Shown here: positions 17,561 through 20,146 of the stretch, piece by piece | How the letters are laid out: the number at the start of each line of letters is the position of its first letter | Position numbering within the stretch: position 1 is the stretch's first letter | From: Fidelibacterota bacterium | GTDB taxonomy: Bacteria > Fidelibacterota > Marinisomatia > Marinisomatales > TCS56 | Direction of reading: 5' to 3' | Length of the DNA: 20,146 bases | NCBI GenBank assembly: GCA_043822705.1 | Contig: JBDRBK010000090.1 | Location: 1 to 20,146 of the forward strand | The notes under the pieces: model-generated | Seen by the model: the letters and a program-made list of their open reading frames with translations, nothing else | The model's database searches: none | Told to the model about the DNA's origin: nothing | Made by a program: the position numbers and the translations under genes

Positions 17561-19720
17561 CTACCGCCCGCTTTGATCTAAGACAAAAGCATATTCGAAG
17601 GCGATCTCGCGCAGGAAGTCAAACCGGCCCGAGGCACCATGGTGGCCGGCGTCCATATTAGTCTTGAACAGCAGCGTTTTGTCACCGCCACCGACGGCCC
17701 GCAGCTTGGCAACCCACTTGGCCGGCTCCCAGTATTGCACGCGCGGGTCATTCAGTCCGGCCGTCACCAGCAGATTGGGATAGGCCCTGGCGGCCACATT
17801 ATCGTAGGGCGAATAGGATTTCATGTAATGGTAGTATTCTTCCAGGTTGGGATTGCCCCACTCGTCAAATTCGATCACCGTCAGCGGAATCGATTCATCC
17901 AACATGGTGGTGACGACATCCACGAACGGCACATCGGCGACGGCCACCCCGAACAGCTCCGGCCGCAAGTTGATCGCCACGCCGATCAGCAGACCGCCGG
18001 CACTGCCGCCGGCAATCGCCAGTTTCTCCGGTACGGTATATTTTTCATCGATCAGATGTTCGGCGCAGGCGATGAAATCGGTAAATGTATTACGCTTGTT
18101 CAGCAGCTTGCCGTCCTCGTACCACTCCCGTCCCAGGTAGCTGCTGCCGCGGACATGGGCGATGGCATAGATGTAGCCGCGGTCGATCAGGCTGTAACGG
18201 TAGGCCCGGAAAACCGGGTCTATATTAATACCGTAGGAACCATAGCCATACAGGTACACCGGGTTGCTGCCGTCGCGGATCATGCCCGCTTTGTAGACGA
18301 TCGAGATTGGAATCTGCGTGCTGTCCGGTGCGGTGGCGAAAATACGGGCGGTGACATAATTGGCCGGGTCGTATCCGCCCAGCACTTCATCCTGCTTTTT
18401 GAGCTCCCGCTCGCGGGTGACCAGATTGTAGTCGTAAACCGACTCCGGGATAACCAGTGACGAATAGGTGAATCGCAGCAGGTCGGTGTCAAAATCGGGG
18501 TTTTCCTCGAGTTTCAGCTTGTAGGTCGCCTCGGGAAAATCGATCTGATAGTCATCGGTGCCGCTCAGGTTGATGACCCGGACCCGGCGCAGGCCCAGTT
18601 CACGTTCGATCACCACCAGGTGATTCCGGAACACGGTGATCTCTTCCAGTGTGCAGCCGGCCCGGTGGGCGATCAATTCCTCCCAGTTTTCCCGAGCGGG
18701 ATCGGCCACCGGCGTCGTCAGCAGCTTAAAATTTAGGGCAGCTTCGTTAGTCAGGATGAAAAACCGGTCGCCGTGCTGCTCGACCGAATATTCGACCCGG
18801 AACTGCCGCGGCTGTAGGACTTGAAATTGACCGGTGGGATCGCCGGCCGCCAGATAGCGGACTTCGGTCGTGACCTGGCTTTCCAGTTCCAGGAACAGAT
18901 AGGCCTGGTTCTTGGATTTGCCGATCTGGACAAAATAGGCTTCGTCATCCTCCTGGTAGACCAGGCTGTCTTCGGTGGGATTGGTCCCGACCAAATGCCG
19001 GAAAACGCGGTAGGACCGCATCGCTTCGTCCAGCGTGGTATAAAAAATTGTCCGGTTATCGTTGGCCCATTCCAGGGAATAATAGGCGCCGGGTATCTGC
19101 TCGGGGAACAGCGTGCCGTTTTCCAGGTCCTTGATGAAAACAGTGAATTGTTCACCGCCGGAATTATCGATCGAGTAAGCCAGATAACGATGGTCGGGAC
19201 TGACCCGGAAGTCGCCGATCTTCAGGTAATCGAGCCCTTCCGCCAGCGCGTTTTCATCCAGCAGAATTTCTTCGGGTCCGTCAGGGCCACCCACCCGGCG
19301 ACAGTACAGCGAATACTGTTGTCCGGCTTCGGTCCGTTCATAGTAATAGTAATTGCCGATTTTAACCGGCACTGTCAGATCGGTTTCCTGAATGCGGCCG
19401 CGCATTTCCAGATACAGTTCTTCCTGCAGTGCTGCGGTCGGCTGCATCCTAGCGTCGGTGTAGGCGTTTTCCGCATTCAGATAATCCAGTACGGCGGCGC
19501 TGCCGCGCTCCTTCATCCAGTAATAATTATCGATCCGGGTATCACCGAACAGGGTCATCGCATAGGGCCGGATTTCAGCCTGTGGCGGATTGAGTGTCGG
19601 TACGCTGTCCGCATCGGTACCCGGCCCGGTTTGGGGAACCGGAGCACAGGTCCAGCTGCCCAACAGCAAGGTAAAAATGCTCAATTCAAACAGGCGCCGC
19701 CGGTTGCAGATTTGTTTCAT
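17561..19720 (-). CDS. ptrB: Oligopeptidase B (protease II, S9A) with N-terminal export signal
   Basis: RIDNYYWM, YLNAENAYT, LYGYGSYG, AHVRG, GGSAGGLL (Ser), EFDEWGNP, SYSPYDNV, GLNDPRVQYWEPAKWVAKLR (Asp), AGHHGASGR (His). Confidence 0.93.
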   Translation of the reverse strand: MKQICNRRRLFELSIFTLLLGSWTCAPVPQTGPGTDADSVPTLNPPQAEIRPYAMTLFGDTRIDNYYWMKERGSAAVLDYLNAENAYTDARMQPTAALQEELYLEMRGRIQETDLTVPVKIGNYYYYERTEAGQQYSLYCRRVGGPDGPEEILLDENALAEGLDYLKIGDFRVSPDHRYLAYSIDNSGGEQFTVFIKDLENGTLFPEQIPGAYYSLEWANDNRTIFYTTLDEAMRSYRVFRHLVGTNPTEDSLVYQEDDEAYFVQIGKSKNQAYLFLELESQVTTEVRYLAAGDPTGQFQVLQPRQFRVEYSVEQHGDRFFILTNEAALNFKLLTTPVADPARENWEELIAHRAGCTLEEITVFRNHLVVIERELGLRRVRVINLSGTDDYQIDFPEATYKLKLEENPDFDTDLLRFTYSSLVIPESVYDYNLVTRERELKKQDEVLGGYDPANYVTARIFATAPDSTQIPISIVYKAGMIRDGSNPVYLYGYGSYGINIDPVFRAYRYSLIDRGYIYAIAHVRGSSYLGREWYEDGKLLNKRNTFTDFIACAEHLIDEKYTVPEKLAIAGGSAGGLLIGVAINLRPELFGVAVADVPFVDVVTTMLDESIPLTVIEFDEWGNPNLEEYYHYMKSYSPYDNVAARAYPNLLVTAGLNDPRVQYWEPAKWVAKLRAVGGGDKTLLFKTNMDAGHHGASGRFDFLREIAFEYAFVLDQSGR

Positions 19721-20146
19721 TTTTAAACCACTCTGATCTTTTGGTTTTCTGATATTTCTTTACTTGAGCAGATATAATATCTTCCATATCCTGTCGAGAA
19801 CCGAGCATCATACTCTGATACATCCAAACTGTTGTTGTACTCAATTCTTCAACGACAGGGAGATGAAGTTTAGAGTAATAATCCAACGCTCGCGTCAATG
19901 GCAGCCTGGCAATGGGATTTTGAAAAACGCCATCCCTATAAAGCGGCGAATATCCACTGCCGCAGGAGATGCCTTCGGCTCTCATGGCTTCAAGGAATTT
20001 TGCCAGTGGAAGTGATTTGAAACCGGCGGATTCATAAGTGTACACAAACAGGTGATATCCATGCCGGGTTACATAGTCTGGGCGTGGCACTTTGATACCC
20101 GCGATTTTCCTTAATTCTTCAGTCAGGTAAGCGCCGTTTGCATCGC
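19686..20146 (-). CDS. C-terminal part of a DegT/DnrJ/EryC1/StrS PLP aminotransferase (AHBA-synthase-like); 5' end outside the window
   Basis: The frame is open to the window edge: DANGAYLTEELRKIAGIKVPRPDYVTRHGYHLFV…FLEAMRAEGI…GYSPLY…LPVVEEL…MLGSRQDMEDII. The 3' end is uncertain (35-nt overlap with ptrB). Confidence 0.8.
   Translation of the reverse strand, partial: DANGAYLTEELRKIAGIKVPRPDYVTRHGYHLFVYTYESAGFKSLPLAKFLEAMRAEGISCGSGYSPLYRDGVFQNPIARLPLTRALDYYSKLHLPVVEELSTTTVWMYQSMMLGSRQDMEDIISAQVKKYQKTKRSEWFKNETNLQPAAPV

Noticed and set aside
17639..19726. Plus-strand ORFs 17639-18460 and 18821-19726
   Set aside because: Antisense to oligopeptidase B, with no recognisable motifs.
1..20146. CRISPR array, rRNA, transposase or integrase genes
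   Set aside because: No regularly spaced repeats, rRNA-like segments or recombinase motifs were seen.

Overview
Bacterial chromosomal window, mostly GC-rich. The gene content (TonB-dependent receptor, PorZ-like protein, CsgG/HfaB-like exported protein, OPT transporter) points by inference to a diderm FCB-superphylum organism such as Marinimicrobia. The AT-richer first ~890 nt look like the right end of an integrated element: a hypothetical gene, a GTAG-REP-like hairpin, short spaced direct repeats and an orphan 3' half of tRNA-Asp(GTC) (att site) followed by a terminator. The rest is housekeeping-type: a MaoC-like double hot-dog protein plus acyl-CoA synthetase; a TPP-riboswitch-controlled TonB-dependent receptor split by a 1-nt frameshift; a CsgG-like protein; an OPT transporter-adenosine deaminase-methyltransferase run (in-frame TAG in the methyltransferase); a site-2 protease coupled to a PorZ-like gene; two exported hypotheticals; succinate-semialdehyde dehydrogenase; exported oligopeptidase B; and the 3' part of a DegT-family aminotransferase. 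I see no clear new multi-gene system. The best leads are the island boundary, the riboswitch/frameshifted receptor, the PorZ-like gene and the OPT-add coupling. All family calls come from motif recognition by eye, not database searches.
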